Below are positions 45,164-54,561 of a stretch of DNA of 64,000 nt, piece by piece. Under the pieces are notes generated by a model. That model was not told the DNA's origin. It did not search any database and saw only the letters and a list, made by a program, of their open reading frames with translations. Origin of the DNA: an uncultured Gammaproteobacteria bacterium (GTDB lineage Bacteria; Patescibacteriota; Patescibacteriia; SG8-24); assembly GCA_964491475.1 (NCBI GenBank), contig CAZBFO010000003.1, positions 72,766 through 136,765 of the forward strand, read 5' to 3'. Positions within the stretch are counted from its first letter, which is position 1; each line of letters starts with the position of its first letter. Position numbers and translations under genes: made by a program.

Positions 45164-46141
45164 CTATTGGGCGATGAGCGAATTGCCCGACACCGACTTG
45201 GAAACGCCGCCTTCGGTCCAGGTCACGGTGGCCGTGACCTGCTTGATGGTCGAGACGCCGAGGTAATCGGCGATGGTCAGGGTGCCGACGCCGCTGGGCA
45301 GGTCGAAGTACACGAACCGCTGCCAGTCGGTGGGCATCGAGCCGACGGTGTCGCTGTCGAAGTTCCAGCTGGTGGCGGTGCCGCTCTCGGTGATGCTGAC
45401 GTCGTCAACGTAGATCAGCGCGCCGGAAAGCGTCTGCAGGCCGGCGTCGCCGGTGGAGAAGGTGGAATCGGTGACGGTGGTCTGCAGCGTGCCGTTCTTG
45501 TACAGCGAGATGCCGGTGCCGCTGGTGACCACGCGGAGGGTGTACCAGGTGCCGGCGCTGTAGGTGGCGCTCTGCGACCACAGCGTGGTGACCGTGCCGT
45601 GGTAGACCTTGTCGAGCGCCAGTCCGCCGGAGGAATAGCGGTAGCGGTAGTGGTTTTCGGAGTCGCGGTAGTCGAACACCAGGCCCGCGCCCCAGCCGGA
45701 AGGGGAGCTGCTCAAGACGTCGAACTTGGCCGTCAGGTCCATGTCGGCATGATAGTTGCCGGGAATGACGGCCAAACCGGTCTCGCTGACCAGCGCCGTC
45801 TGCGCGGTTTCCATCGCCAGCGCGCGCGTGCCCGAAGGCGGGCTGGTGACCGTCTTCACCTTCCACGGGCCGCGTGTCAGTGACAGGCCTAGGAAGGCGC
45901 CGTTGGTGCGGTTGATCAGCTCGGTGAAGGAAAGCGTGCGCAGCGAGTCGATTTCCTCGCGCAGGAAGTTGCCGGCTTGGATGGCGTAAGTGGACTTGCG
46001 CAGCAGGTACGAGGCCGATATGGTCGAGGAAAAGACGGTAAGGATCACCGCCGCCATCAGTACGGTGACGATGGCTTCCATCAGCGTGAAGCCCGCAGTG
46101 GCCGACGGCCGTGCTGGCGAATGGAGGCGGGAACGGGGCAT
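45164..46141 (-). CDS. Type IV pilin-like protein (325 aa)
   Basis: Leader MPRSRLHSPARPSATAG then FTLMEAIVTVLMAAVILTVF, a class III signal peptide with G|FTLME. Confidence 0.7.
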   Translation of the reverse strand: MPRSRLHSPARPSATAGFTLMEAIVTVLMAAVILTVFSSTISASYLLRKSTYAIQAGNFLREEIDSLRTLSFTELINRTNGAFLGLSLTRGPWKVKTVTSPPSGTRALAMETAQTALVSETGLAVIPGNYHADMDLTAKFDVLSSSPSGWGAGLVFDYRDSENHYRYRYSSGGLALDKVYHGTVTTLWSQSATYSAGTWYTLRVVTSGTGISLYKNGTLQTTVTDSTFSTGDAGLQTLSGALIYVDDVSITESGTATSWNFDSDTVGSMPTDWQRFVYFDLPSGVGTLTIADYLGVSTIKQVTATVTWTEGGVSKSVSGNSLIAQ

Positions 46142-46148
46142 GCGGGCG

Positions 46149-47246
46149 TCAGTTGGATTCGGAGATCGATTGGGTCAGGGCGTAGATGGGCGTGATGACG
46201 GCCAAGGCGATGCCGCCGACCATGCCGCCGAGCATCAGGATCAGGATCGGCTCGATGATGGAGGAAAGGTTGCTCAACACCTGGTCGACCTGCTGCTCGT
46301 AGAAGGCGGCGATGTCGGAAAGCAGCTCGTCGACCGTGCCGGCGCGTTCGCCGACCAGCACCATCTGCACCAGCAGCGGCGGGAACAGGTTGCCGTGCGC
46401 GGCCAGGCTCCGGCCGATGCTCTCGCCCTTCTTGATGCGCTCGGCGGCGTCCAGCGTGGCGTCGCGGAAATGGACGTTGGCCAGCACCTGCGAGGTGACG
46501 TTGAACGCCTGGATGACCGGGATGTCGGTGTGCAGCAGGCCGGAAACGGTACGGGCGAAGCGCGCCAAGTTGACCTTGCGGGCGATCGGCCCGATGATCG
46601 GCGCGGAAATGATGACGCGATCCAAAAGGTAGGTGCCGATCTTGGTGCGGGCGAACATCACCAGGGCGGTGACGGTGACCGCTGCGCCGACGGCCACGAT
46701 GATGCCGTGATCGTGCGTGAAGTCCGTGATCTTGATGAGGATCTGGGTGGCCAGCGGCAGCTTGACGTTGCCGAATTCCTTGAAGACGCCGAGCAGCTTG
46801 GGCAGCACGAAGGTCACCAGCGCGATGACGATGCCGAGCATGGCCACGCAGACCACCACCGGGTAGGTCATTGCGCCCTTCACCTTGGAGCGGAGGTCGT
46901 AGTCCTTTTTCATCTGCTGGGTCAGCTCCTGAAGGACGTTTTCCAGCGTGCCGGAGACTTCGCCGATCTGGATCATGCTGACGAAGATGGACGGGAAGAT
47001 CTTGGGGAACTTGCCCAGCGAAGTCGAAAGGGGACGGCCGGCCTCGACGTCGGCCTTCACCAGACCGATGATCTTCTTGAAGGACTTCTTTTCGGCCTGC
47101 AGAGCCAAGGTGTTGAGCGCTTCGGAAATCGACAGGCCCGCATGGATCATCACCTTCAGGTTTTCCGTGAAAAACACCTTGTCGGTCAGCGGGACCGAGG
47201 AGTTGTACAGCAGGTAGTCGTTGAGACGTTGGACAAGCGAGGCCAT
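46149..47246 (-). CDS. pilC: Type IV pilus inner-membrane platform protein PilC (GspF family)
   Basis: Two T2SSF repeats, e.g. FSRQLATLLHAGIPL-like blocks ENLKVMIHAGLSISEAL and ARFARTVSGLLHTDIPVIQAF. Confidence 0.9.
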   Translation of the reverse strand: MASLVQRLNDYLLYNSSVPLTDKVFFTENLKVMIHAGLSISEALNTLALQAEKKSFKKIIGLVKADVEAGRPLSTSLGKFPKIFPSIFVSMIQIGEVSGTLENVLQELTQQMKKDYDLRSKVKGAMTYPVVVCVAMLGIVIALVTFVLPKLLGVFKEFGNVKLPLATQILIKITDFTHDHGIIVAVGAAVTVTALVMFARTKIGTYLLDRVIISAPIIGPIARKVNLARFARTVSGLLHTDIPVIQAFNVTSQVLANVHFRDATLDAAERIKKGESIGRSLAAHGNLFPPLLVQMVLVGERAGTVDELLSDIAAFYEQQVDQVLSNLSSIIEPILILMLGGMVGGIALAVITPIYALTQSISESN

Positions 47247-47264
47247 AGCGCGGTGATGAGGCGT

Positions 47265-49046
47265 TTAGTCGCGGGTGACGCGGAGAATCTCCTCGATGGT
47301 CGTGACGGCCTTCACCGCCTTGGCAAAACCGTCCTCGATCATGGTGATCATGCCCTCCTCGATGGCCGCCTGCTTGAGCTCGTCGGCGTTGGCCTTCTTG
47401 TTGACCAGCTTCTGCAGATTGGGCGTGAACTCGATGACCTCGTAGATGCCCATGCGGCCCTTGTAGCCTTCGTTGCCGCACTGGGCGCAGCCGGAGCCGC
47501 GCCAGAAGGTGGTGTCCTCGATCTTCTGGTTCGCGGCGACGATTTCTTCCTTCTTCAGCTTGGCCCAGATGCCGTCGAGATCGATCTGTTCGCGCAGCTG
47601 TTCCAGGGCGTGGTCCGGCAGCTTGTAGGAGCGGACGCAGTTGGGGCAGATCTTGCGGACCAGACGCTGGGCCACGATCATGTTGGCCGTGAACGAGATC
47701 AGGAACGGCGGCACGTTCATGTCGAGCAGGCGGGGGATGGAGGTGGCGGCGTCGTTGGTGTGCAGCGTGCCCATGACCAAGTGGCCGGTCATGGCGGCCT
47801 GCACGGCGATGCCGGCGGTCTCTTCGTCGCGGATTTCGCCGACCAGGATGATGTTGGGGTCCTGGCGCAGCAGCGAACGGAGGCCGGCGGCGAAGGTGAA
47901 GCCGATCTTGGAGTTGACTTGGCTCTGGTTGATGCCCGCCAGGCGGTATTCCACCGGGTCTTCCACCGTGGAGATGTTGACCTTGGGCGAGTTGAGCATG
48001 TTCAGCACCGAGTACAGCGTCGTGGACTTACCGGACCCCGTGGGTCCGGTGACAAAGATGATGCCGTGCGGCTTTTTCATGTTGCGCAGCACGATGTCGT
48101 AGGCCTTCTTCTGGAAACCGAGCTGCTCCAGGGTGAGCGGCTTGGTGCCTTCGGACAGCAGACGCATGACGATCTTCTCGCCGTCGTAGACCGGGAGGAT
48201 GGAGACGCGGAGGGCGAACTTGTAGTTGGGGTTGTCGATCTTGAAGCGGCCGTCCTGCGGCAGGCGGTGCTCGTCGAGCTTGAGGTTGGAGAGAATCTTT
48301 ATGCGCGCCACGATGCCCGAGGCGACGACCTTCTGGAAGGTCATCACCGGCTTGAGCACGCCGTCGACGCGAAAGCGCACGATGACTTCGGTCTCGCTGG
48401 GCTCGATGTGGATGTCGGAAGCGCCTTCCAGTACCGCGTGTTCCAAAATCGAGTCGACCACGCGGACGATCGGGATGTCTTCGGCCAGCTTGGAGAGCTT
48501 GTCCTCTTCGTCCTCCTCGCCAGGCTTGTTCTTTTTTATGGCGGTGAGTCCTCCCAGTTCCGCCGAGAGGCTCTGCTTGTACTGCTTGATGGCTTCCTCG
48601 AAGGAGCTGGGGTTGGTGTAGAACACCTTCAGCTTCAGGTTGGTCTTGCGTTTGATGAACTCAAAGGTCTGCAGGTCGGTGGGCTCCATCGTGGCCACGC
48701 GCAGCTCGTCGTCGGTCTTCTCGAAGGAAATCAGCTTGTGCGAGGCGGCGATGGGCTCGGGAATAAGGAAAAGGATGTCCTGGCGGATGGGGACCTCGCG
48801 CAAGTTGATGAACGGCAACTTGTAGAACTGCGCGGCGATGCGGTAGAGCATCTCTTCCGGCATCTTCTTCTCCTTGATGAGGTAGGTCTCCAGCTGCATG
48901 TTGGGGTCCTTCTCCTTGGCCTCCTTCAGGAGCTGGTTGATGCCCTTCATGTCGAAAGTGGCCGTCTCGCGCAGGATTTTCTTGAGCAGTTCGTTGTTCA
49001 GCATAAGGCGGGTGTGGGCATGCTTCGATGCCCCGAATTTTACCAC
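47265..49046 (-). CDS. pilB: Type IV pilus assembly ATPase PilB (GspE family)
   Basis: Walker A VTGPTGSGKSTTLYSVL. Asp box, His box and tetracysteine CPNC...CAQC present. N-terminal T2SSE_N region. Confidence 0.9.
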   Translation of the reverse strand: MVKFGASKHAHTRLMLNNELLKKILRETATFDMKGINQLLKEAKEKDPNMQLETYLIKEKKMPEEMLYRIAAQFYKLPFINLREVPIRQDILFLIPEPIAASHKLISFEKTDDELRVATMEPTDLQTFEFIKRKTNLKLKVFYTNPSSFEEAIKQYKQSLSAELGGLTAIKKNKPGEEDEEDKLSKLAEDIPIVRVVDSILEHAVLEGASDIHIEPSETEVIVRFRVDGVLKPVMTFQKVVASGIVARIKILSNLKLDEHRLPQDGRFKIDNPNYKFALRVSILPVYDGEKIVMRLLSEGTKPLTLEQLGFQKKAYDIVLRNMKKPHGIIFVTGPTGSGKSTTLYSVLNMLNSPKVNISTVEDPVEYRLAGINQSQVNSKIGFTFAAGLRSLLRQDPNIILVGEIRDEETAGIAVQAAMTGHLVMGTLHTNDAATSIPRLLDMNVPPFLISFTANMIVAQRLVRKICPNCVRSYKLPDHALEQLREQIDLDGIWAKLKKEEIVAANQKIEDTTFWRGSGCAQCGNEGYKGRMGIYEVIEFTPNLQKLVNKKANADELKQAAIEEGMITMIEDGFAKAVKAVTTIEEILRVTRD

Positions 49047-49149
49047 AATAAGAGGGGGTTGACCATCAACCCATGGGTGCTACCATCGAGGCTCGACGAT
49101 GCCGGCCCCGCCGCTTTGGCGGCTCCCGCAAATCGCGTATACTGTGAGC

Positions 49150-49536
49150 ATGTTGACCAGGCTCCACAATCCGCTCCGCAGGGCCGCCGCTTCCGTCCAG
49201 ATGGACTTGTTCACTCGCACGGTCGCCGTCATCGCTTTCGTGCCTTTGGTGCTGCAGTGGGCCATGATTTTGGCCTTCGTGGTCCCTCGGTTGGGCTCCC
49301 TGCATTTCCTGCGCCTCCACTATACGGCGGCCCAGGGCGTCGATTGGGTCGACGTCTGGTACGCCATCTTCCTGTTTCCGATGCTCGGCCTGACGGTCTT
49401 CGCCGTCAACCTGGCCATTGCCGCCCGACTTGGCAGGCGAAACCGTTCCTTGGGCCATGTCGTGATGGTCGCCACGGCGTTCATTGAGGCGATGCTGGCG
49501 GTTTCCGGCATCATCGCCGTGCTGCTGAACGGCTAG
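49150..49536 (+). CDS. Small membrane protein, hypothetical
   Basis: Four predicted TM helices. Divergent from pilB. Start chosen at the internal MLTRLHNP. Confidence 0.4.
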   Translation: MLTRLHNPLRRAAASVQMDLFTRTVAVIAFVPLVLQWAMILAFVVPRLGSLHFLRLHYTAAQGVDWVDVWYAIFLFPMLGLTVFAVNLAIAARLGRRNRSLGHVVMVATAFIEAMLAVSGIIAVLLNG

Positions 49537-49558
49537 CACGTCTCACCGCATTCCCGTT

Positions 49559-50611
49559 ATGTCCCCGCTTGCCACCATCAAGATCTTGCTGCTCACCACC
49601 TTGTCGTTCGTCACGGCCATCCTCTGGACGCCGCTGCTCACCAATTTCCTGTTCAAATACAAGCTCGGCAAGCAGATCCGCACCGCCGAGTCGGCCCCGA
49701 TTTTCTCCAAGATGCATCAGGGCAAATCCGGTACGCCGACCATGGGCGGGGTGCTGATCTGGGGCACGACTCTCGCGCTCATCTTGGCGTTTCACGAGGC
49801 CAATCTGCTTGTCGGCGGCGCGTTCTTCGGCACCATGGACTTCCTCTCGCGCCAGCAGACGCTGCTGCCGCTGGGCGCGCTGGTCGCCTCGGCCATCGTC
49901 GGGCTGGTGGACGACTACTGGAACGTGCGTCGGCTCGGTCCCAAGGGCGGGGGATTGCGCATGCGTCACCGGCTGCTCCTGTACACGCTGATTGCCGCCG
50001 TCGGCGCCTGGTGGTTCTCCAGCAAGCTCGACTGGGACCTGTTCCGCATCCCGTTCGTCGGCTCATACAACATCGGTCTCTGGTACATTCCGGTATTCAT
50101 CCTGGTGATCGTCTCCACCTCGTTCTCGGTGAACGAGACCGACGGCCTCGACGGTTTGGCGGGCGGAGTGCTGCTGTCGTCGTTCGCGGCCTACGCGGCC
50201 ATCGCCTTCATGCAGGGGAAGACCGACTTGGCCGCGTTCTGCGGCGTCATCTGCGGCGCGCTGCTGGCCTTCCTGTGGTTCAACATCAATCCGGCACGGT
50301 TCTTCATGGGCGATACCGGCGCGATGTCGCTGGGCGTCACCTTGGGCATCGTGGCCATGCTTACCAACACGGCGCTGATCCTGCCGGTCATCGGGCTGGT
50401 GTTCGTCCTGGAGTCGCTGTCGGTCATCATCCAAGTGGGTTCCAAGAAGCTGCGCGGCAAGAAGGTGTTCCTGTCGGCGCCGGTCCACCATCACTTCGAG
50501 GCCATCGGATGGAGCGAACCGAAGATCGTGATGCGCTTCTGGATCATCGCTTCCGTCTCGTCGGTGCTGGGCCTGGTGTTCGCGCTCATCGACGCCGGTT
50601 ATTTCAACTAA
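49559..50611 (+). CDS. mraY: Phospho-N-acetylmuramoyl-pentapeptide transferase
   Basis: KSGTPTMGGVLIW...NETDGLDGLAGG...DTGAMSLG...HHHFE MraY motifs. Confidence 0.9.
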   Translation: MSPLATIKILLLTTLSFVTAILWTPLLTNFLFKYKLGKQIRTAESAPIFSKMHQGKSGTPTMGGVLIWGTTLALILAFHEANLLVGGAFFGTMDFLSRQQTLLPLGALVASAIVGLVDDYWNVRRLGPKGGGLRMRHRLLLYTLIAAVGAWWFSSKLDWDLFRIPFVGSYNIGLWYIPVFILVIVSTSFSVNETDGLDGLAGGVLLSSFAAYAAIAFMQGKTDLAAFCGVICGALLAFLWFNINPARFFMGDTGAMSLGVTLGIVAMLTNTALILPVIGLVFVLESLSVIIQVGSKKLRGKKVFLSAPVHHHFEAIGWSEPKIVMRFWIIASVSSVLGLVFALIDAGYFN

Positions 50612-50623
50612 CGCCTTCGCCAC

Positions 50624-53038
50624 ATGGGAAATTCCGACAACAACACGGTTGACCTGTTCAAGGGCGACGGCGACGAGAAGCGCCTGCCGGTGATTCCGCT
50701 GCGCGATACGGTGGTATTTCCGCGCGTGGCCACGCCGATCGTGGTGCGCCGCGAAAGGTCGCGCAAGGCGTTGGAAGAGGCCATGCGCCGTAACCGCATG
50801 GTGGTGCTGGTGGCCCAGCGCGACCCCGAAGCCTCCGACCCCAAGCCGGAACAGCTGTACTCCGTGGCCACCATCGCCAAGATCCGCGAGTCCACCAAGC
50901 AGAAGGACAAGACCATGCGCGTGGTGGTCGAGGGTTTGGCGCGCGTACGCCTGCGCGACCTGCAAGCCGACGCCGACTGCCTGCATGCCGACGTGCAGGC
51001 GATGCCCGAACCGACGGTGAAGAAGACGGAGCGGATAGAGGCGCTGATGTACAGCGCACTGAACCAGTTCCGCCGCGTGGTCAACATGGGCGCCAACGTC
51101 CCCTTCGACGCGCTTTTGGTGATCATGAACGTGGTCGATCCATGGCTGTTCGGCGACCTCATCGCCGCCAACCTGGAGATGAAGGTGGACGAGAAGCAGG
51201 CGATTTTGGAATCCGAGGACATCGATCACAAGTTGGATGCCGTCGGCCATGCGCTGGCGCGGCAGATCAAGCTGCTGCAGATGGCCACCAAGATCCAGCA
51301 GGAAACCGGCAAGGAGCTCGACAAGATGCAGCGCGAGGTGTTCCTGCGCGAGCAGATGAAGTCCATCGAGAAGGAGCTCGAGGGCATGGGCGGCAAGACC
51401 GACGCCGACGACCTCAAGGAGAAGCTGGACCGCGCCGACCTTCCGCCCGCCGCCAAGGAGAAGGCGATGAAGGAGTACGACCGCATGAAGGCCATGCCGT
51501 CGTTCAGTCCCGAAATTTCCTACTTGCGCACCTACCTGGAGTGGCTGGCGGACCTGCCGTGGAACAAAAAGGACGATTCGGTCATCGACATCGTCGCGGC
51601 CAAGAAGATTCTCGACGCCGATCACTTCGGCCTGGCCAAGGCAAAGGAGCGCATCGTCGAATACCTGGCGGTCGGCAAGCTGGTGGGCCGCATCCGCGGA
51701 CCCATCCTGTGCTTCGTCGGGCCGCCGGGCGTGGGCAAGACTTCCATCGGCAAGTCCATCGCCAAGTCGCTGGGCCGCAAGTTCTTCCGCATGAGCCTGG
51801 GCGGCGTCCGCGACGAGGCCGAGATCCGCGGGCATCGCCGCACTTACGTGGGCGCCTTGCCCGGCCGCATCATCCAGGGGATTGCCAACGTCAAGACGCG
51901 CAACCCCGTGTTCATGCTCGACGAGATCGACAAGGTCGGCAACGACGCCTTCCGCGGCGACCCGTCGGCGGCGCTGCTCGAAGCGCTCGACCCCGAGCAG
52001 AACAACGCCTTCTCCGATCATTATCTTGAGCTGCCGTTCGACTTGTCCGACGTGCTGTTCGTGACCACGGCCAACATGCTGGACACCATTCCGCCCGCGC
52101 TGCGCGACCGCATGGAGGTCATCGAGTTCCCCGGGTATACGGATGAAGAAAAGGTGCAGATCGCCGAGCGGCACCTGATTCCCAAGGCGATCAAGGACAA
52201 CGGGCTGACCGTCAGGCAGTGCGTCTTCACCCCGCCCGCGGTGCGCGCCATCATCCGCCTGTACACGCGCGAGGCCGGCGTCCGCAATTTGGAGCGCGAG
52301 ATTTCCGCCGTCTGCCGCAAGGTGGCACGGGCCGTTGCCGAGAAGAAAACCAAACGCCGCACCATCGCGCCTGCCGACTTGGCCGCGTTACTGGGGCCGG
52401 CGCGGTTCAGCGAGACGCTCAAGGAAGCCAAGGACGAAGTGGGCGTGGTCACCGGCCTTGCCTGGACCGAGGCCGGCGGAGAGATTCTGCAAATAGAGGC
52501 CACCAAGATGGCCGGCCGCGGCAACCTGACGCTCACCGGCCATTTGGGCGAGGTGATGCAGGAGTCGGCCAAGGCGGCCTTCTCGCACGTGCGGTCCATC
52601 GCCAACGACATGGGCGTCACCGGCGACTTCACCAAGGACGCCGACGTGCACGTGCACGTGCCCAGCGGCGCCATTCCCAAGGACGGCCCCTCTGCCGGCC
52701 TGGCCATCGCCACCGCGCTCGTGTCGATGATCACCGGCCGCAAGGTGCGCCGCAACGTCGCCATGACGGGTGAAATCACCTTGCGCGGCAAGGCGCTGGA
52801 GATCGGCGGCGTGAAGGAAAAGGTGCTGGCCGCATACCGCGCCGGCATCGAGACGATCATCCTGCCCGCCGAGAACAAGAAGGACTTGGTCGACGTGCCT
52901 GCGGAAATCCGCAAGAAGCTCAAGTTCATCTTCGTGAAGGACCTGGCTGGCGTGCTGGCACAGGCGTTGGAACCGGCAACGGCCGCAAAAAAAGCCGAAC
53001 CCGAGAACATGGCCCGGAAGAAAAAGAAAAAGGCCTAA
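50624..53038 (+). CDS. lon: ATP-dependent Lon protease
   Basis: LON N-terminal domain [24 protein letters not shown]+ [15 protein letters not shown]. Protease domain [17 protein letters not shown]...[12 protein letters not shown] (Ser-Lys dyad). Confidence 0.95.
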   Translation: MGNSDNNTVDLFKGDGDEKRLPVIPLRDTVVFPRVATPIVVRRERSRKALEEAMRRNRMVVLVAQRDPEASDPKPEQLYSVATIAKIRESTKQKDKTMRVVVEGLARVRLRDLQADADCLHADVQAMPEPTVKKTERIEALMYSALNQFRRVVNMGANVPFDALLVIMNVVDPWLFGDLIAANLEMKVDEKQAILESEDIDHKLDAVGHALARQIKLLQMATKIQQETGKELDKMQREVFLREQMKSIEKELEGMGGKTDADDLKEKLDRADLPPAAKEKAMKEYDRMKAMPSFSPEISYLRTYLEWLADLPWNKKDDSVIDIVAAKKILDADHFGLAKAKERIVEYLAVGKLVGRIRGPILCFVGPPGVGKTSIGKSIAKSLGRKFFRMSLGGVRDEAEIRGHRRTYVGALPGRIIQGIANVKTRNPVFMLDEIDKVGNDAFRGDPSAALLEALDPEQNNAFSDHYLELPFDLSDVLFVTTANMLDTIPPALRDRMEVIEFPGYTDEEKVQIAERHLIPKAIKDNGLTVRQCVFTPPAVRAIIRLYTREAGVRNLEREISAVCRKVARAVAEKKTKRRTIAPADLAALLGPARFSETLKEAKDEVGVVTGLAWTEAGGEILQIEATKMAGRGNLTLTGHLGEVMQESAKAAFSHVRSIANDMGVTGDFTKDADVHVHVPSGAIPKDGPSAGLAIATALVSMITGRKVRRNVAMTGEITLRGKALEIGGVKEKVLAAYRAGIETIILPAENKKDLVDVPAEIRKKLKFIFVKDLAGVLAQALEPATAAKKAEPENMARKKKKKA

Positions 53039-53041
53039 GGT

Positions 53042-54172
53042 ATGTTCCAAAAGAGACCGGACGCGAAGTTCCTGGTGCTGCTCTGCGCCCTGCTGGCGCT
53101 CGGCTTGGTGATGCTGACTTCCGCGTCCGGCCCTTTGGCGTTCGAGAAGTTCAACGACCCGTACTGGTACATCAAGCACCAGCTGTTGAACGGGCTGCTG
53201 CCCGGCATCATCTTGTTCGTGATTTTCGCGGCAATCGACTACCGCCATTGGCTCACTTGGTCGTCCAAGTTCCTGTACGCCTCGGTGGCCGCGCTGCTGC
53301 TGGTGTTCATTCCCGGCTTGGCGGCGGACTGGGGCACTTCCAAAAGCTGGATCCACGTCTTCGGCGTGTCGGTGCAGCCGGTCGAGGCGGTCAAGCTGCT
53401 GCTGCTGCTGTACTTGGCCGCGTTTTTTTCGCGCCGTGACGATGAGGCGATGCGCGACAGGCAGATGACGCTGGTGCCGTTCGTGACTTCGGTCGGCGCA
53501 GTCGCCGTGCTGCTGATGCTGCAGCCCGACCTCGGCAGCTTGCTGGTGGTGTCGTCCATCGCGCTTGCCGCATATTTCGTGGCGGGCGCGTCGCTGCTGC
53601 ATCTGGGCGGCTTGCTCCTCGCCGGTGCCGCCGGCGTGCTGGTGCTGGTGAAGAGCGCCCCGTATCGCGCCGCGCGCCTGATGACCTTCATGCATCCCGG
53701 CCTCGACCCGCAAGGCGTCGGCTACCACATCAACCAGGCTTTCTTGGCCATCGGTTCCGGCGGCTGGTTCGGCTTGGGGCTGGGCCACTCGCGGCAAAAG
53801 TACATGTACCTGCCGGAGGTCGCCGGCGACTCCATCTTCGCCGTCATGGCCGAAGAACTCGGCTTCATCTTCATGCTGGCAGTCGTGGCGCTGCTGGTGG
53901 CGTTCATGCTGCGCATGCTCAAGATCGGCCGCGAGGCGCCCGACAAGTTCGGCAAAATCGTCGCCATCGGCATAGTCGCCTGGGTATTCAGCCAGACGCT
54001 GTTCAACGCCGGCTCGATGGTCGGCATCATGCCCATCACCGGCCTGCCGATGCCCTTCATCAGCTACGGCGGCACGTCGCTGGCCGTATTAATGGCAGCC
54101 ATGGGCATCCTGGCCAACATCTCCTCGCACGCCGAACCGAGCGCGACTCCATCTCGCCGTCGCGACCGCTAG
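53042..54172 (+). CDS. ftsW: SEDS-family peptidoglycan glycosyltransferase (FtsW/RodA)
   Basis: 10 TM helices. SEDS motifs ...GFIFMLAVVALLVAFML...PITGLPMPFISYGGTS. Located between mraY/lon and murG. Confidence 0.85.
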   Translation: MFQKRPDAKFLVLLCALLALGLVMLTSASGPLAFEKFNDPYWYIKHQLLNGLLPGIILFVIFAAIDYRHWLTWSSKFLYASVAALLLVFIPGLAADWGTSKSWIHVFGVSVQPVEAVKLLLLLYLAAFFSRRDDEAMRDRQMTLVPFVTSVGAVAVLLMLQPDLGSLLVVSSIALAAYFVAGASLLHLGGLLLAGAAGVLVLVKSAPYRAARLMTFMHPGLDPQGVGYHINQAFLAIGSGGWFGLGLGHSRQKYMYLPEVAGDSIFAVMAEELGFIFMLAVVALLVAFMLRMLKIGREAPDKFGKIVAIGIVAWVFSQTLFNAGSMVGIMPITGLPMPFISYGGTSLAVLMAAMGILANISSHAEPSATPSRRRDR

Positions 54173-54187
54173 CACTTCTCTGGGACG

Positions 54188-54310
54188 TGGGTCCGGAGGC
54201 CTCCTCTGGACACGCTTGCGGACGCGCTGCGGCGCGTCCTCGCTCGTCCTCGCGTAAAGTCGGCTGCGGCCGACTTTCGCTGCGGATGGTCCAGAGGAGG
54301 CCTCCGGACC
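54188..54310. repeat. Palindromic structured element 1: perfect 23-bp inverted repeat GGGTCCGGAGGCCTCCTCTGGAC enclosing two GC-rich hairpins
   Basis: Outer arms 54188-54210 and 54288-54310 are exact reverse complements. Inner hairpins GGACGCGC-TGCG-GCGCGTCC and AAAGTCGGC-TGCG-GCCGACTTT. Confidence 0.7.
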
Positions 54311-54341
54311 CTCGTCCCCGAAACCGCGTGGCGGATTGGGG

Positions 54342-54492
54342 GGGCCGCGAGGCGGAGCAGGCGCGGCTGGAGGGGAGTTCGCAGGACAAAAATCGTCCGC
54401 AGACGATTTTTGGACGAGAGTAAGGTGCGGATTTTGCCCGCAGGCAAAATCCGACACCGACCCCTCCAGCCGCGCCTGCTCCGCCTCGCGGC
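54342..54492. repeat. Palindromic structured element 2: perfect 33-bp inverted repeat GGCCGCGAGGCGGAGCAGGCGCGGCTGGAGGGG enclosing two hairpins
   Basis: Outer arms 54342-54374 and 54460-54492 are exact reverse complements. Inner hairpins AAAAATCGT-CCGCAG-ACGATTTTT and CGGATTTTGCC-CGCA-GGCAAAATCCG. Confidence 0.7.
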
Positions 54493-54561
54493 CTTGGCTC
54501 CACCACGTTTTTGGGACAAGATGACCGCGGCGCTTCTTCGCCATTCAAAAGGGAAAGTCGT

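Noticed and set aside
45990-49487. 1165-aa ORF on the plus strand, plus several other 300-850-aa ORFs (e.g. 1505..2461 -, 4591..6078 -, 9176..11302 -, 16862..17992 -, 22890..24404 -, 32855..34126 -, 36263..37876 -, 43142..44542 +, 50063..52174 -, 62160..63728 -)
   Set aside because: All run antisense to genes with strong, motif-supported homology (PilB/PilC, MurA, CTP synthase, Lon, S8 protease etc.). Their products are Arg/Gly/Ala/Asp/His-rich low-complexity strings typical of stop-codon-poor antisense frames in ~65% GC DNA. None shows a recognisable domain.
54188-54492. Possible CRISPR array
   Set aside because: Repeats are inverted (palindromic arms), not evenly spaced direct repeats. The two elements have different arm sequences. 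No cas genes are present.
54089-54544. Short ORFs (54187..54423 +, 54336..54524 +, 54089..54544 -, 54169..54714 -) covering the ftsW-murG spacer
   Set aside because: They lie entirely within the long perfect palindromes, so each frame simply mirrors the other arm. Products are Arg/Gly/Pro-rich. No start context. The region is better explained as a structured non-coding element.
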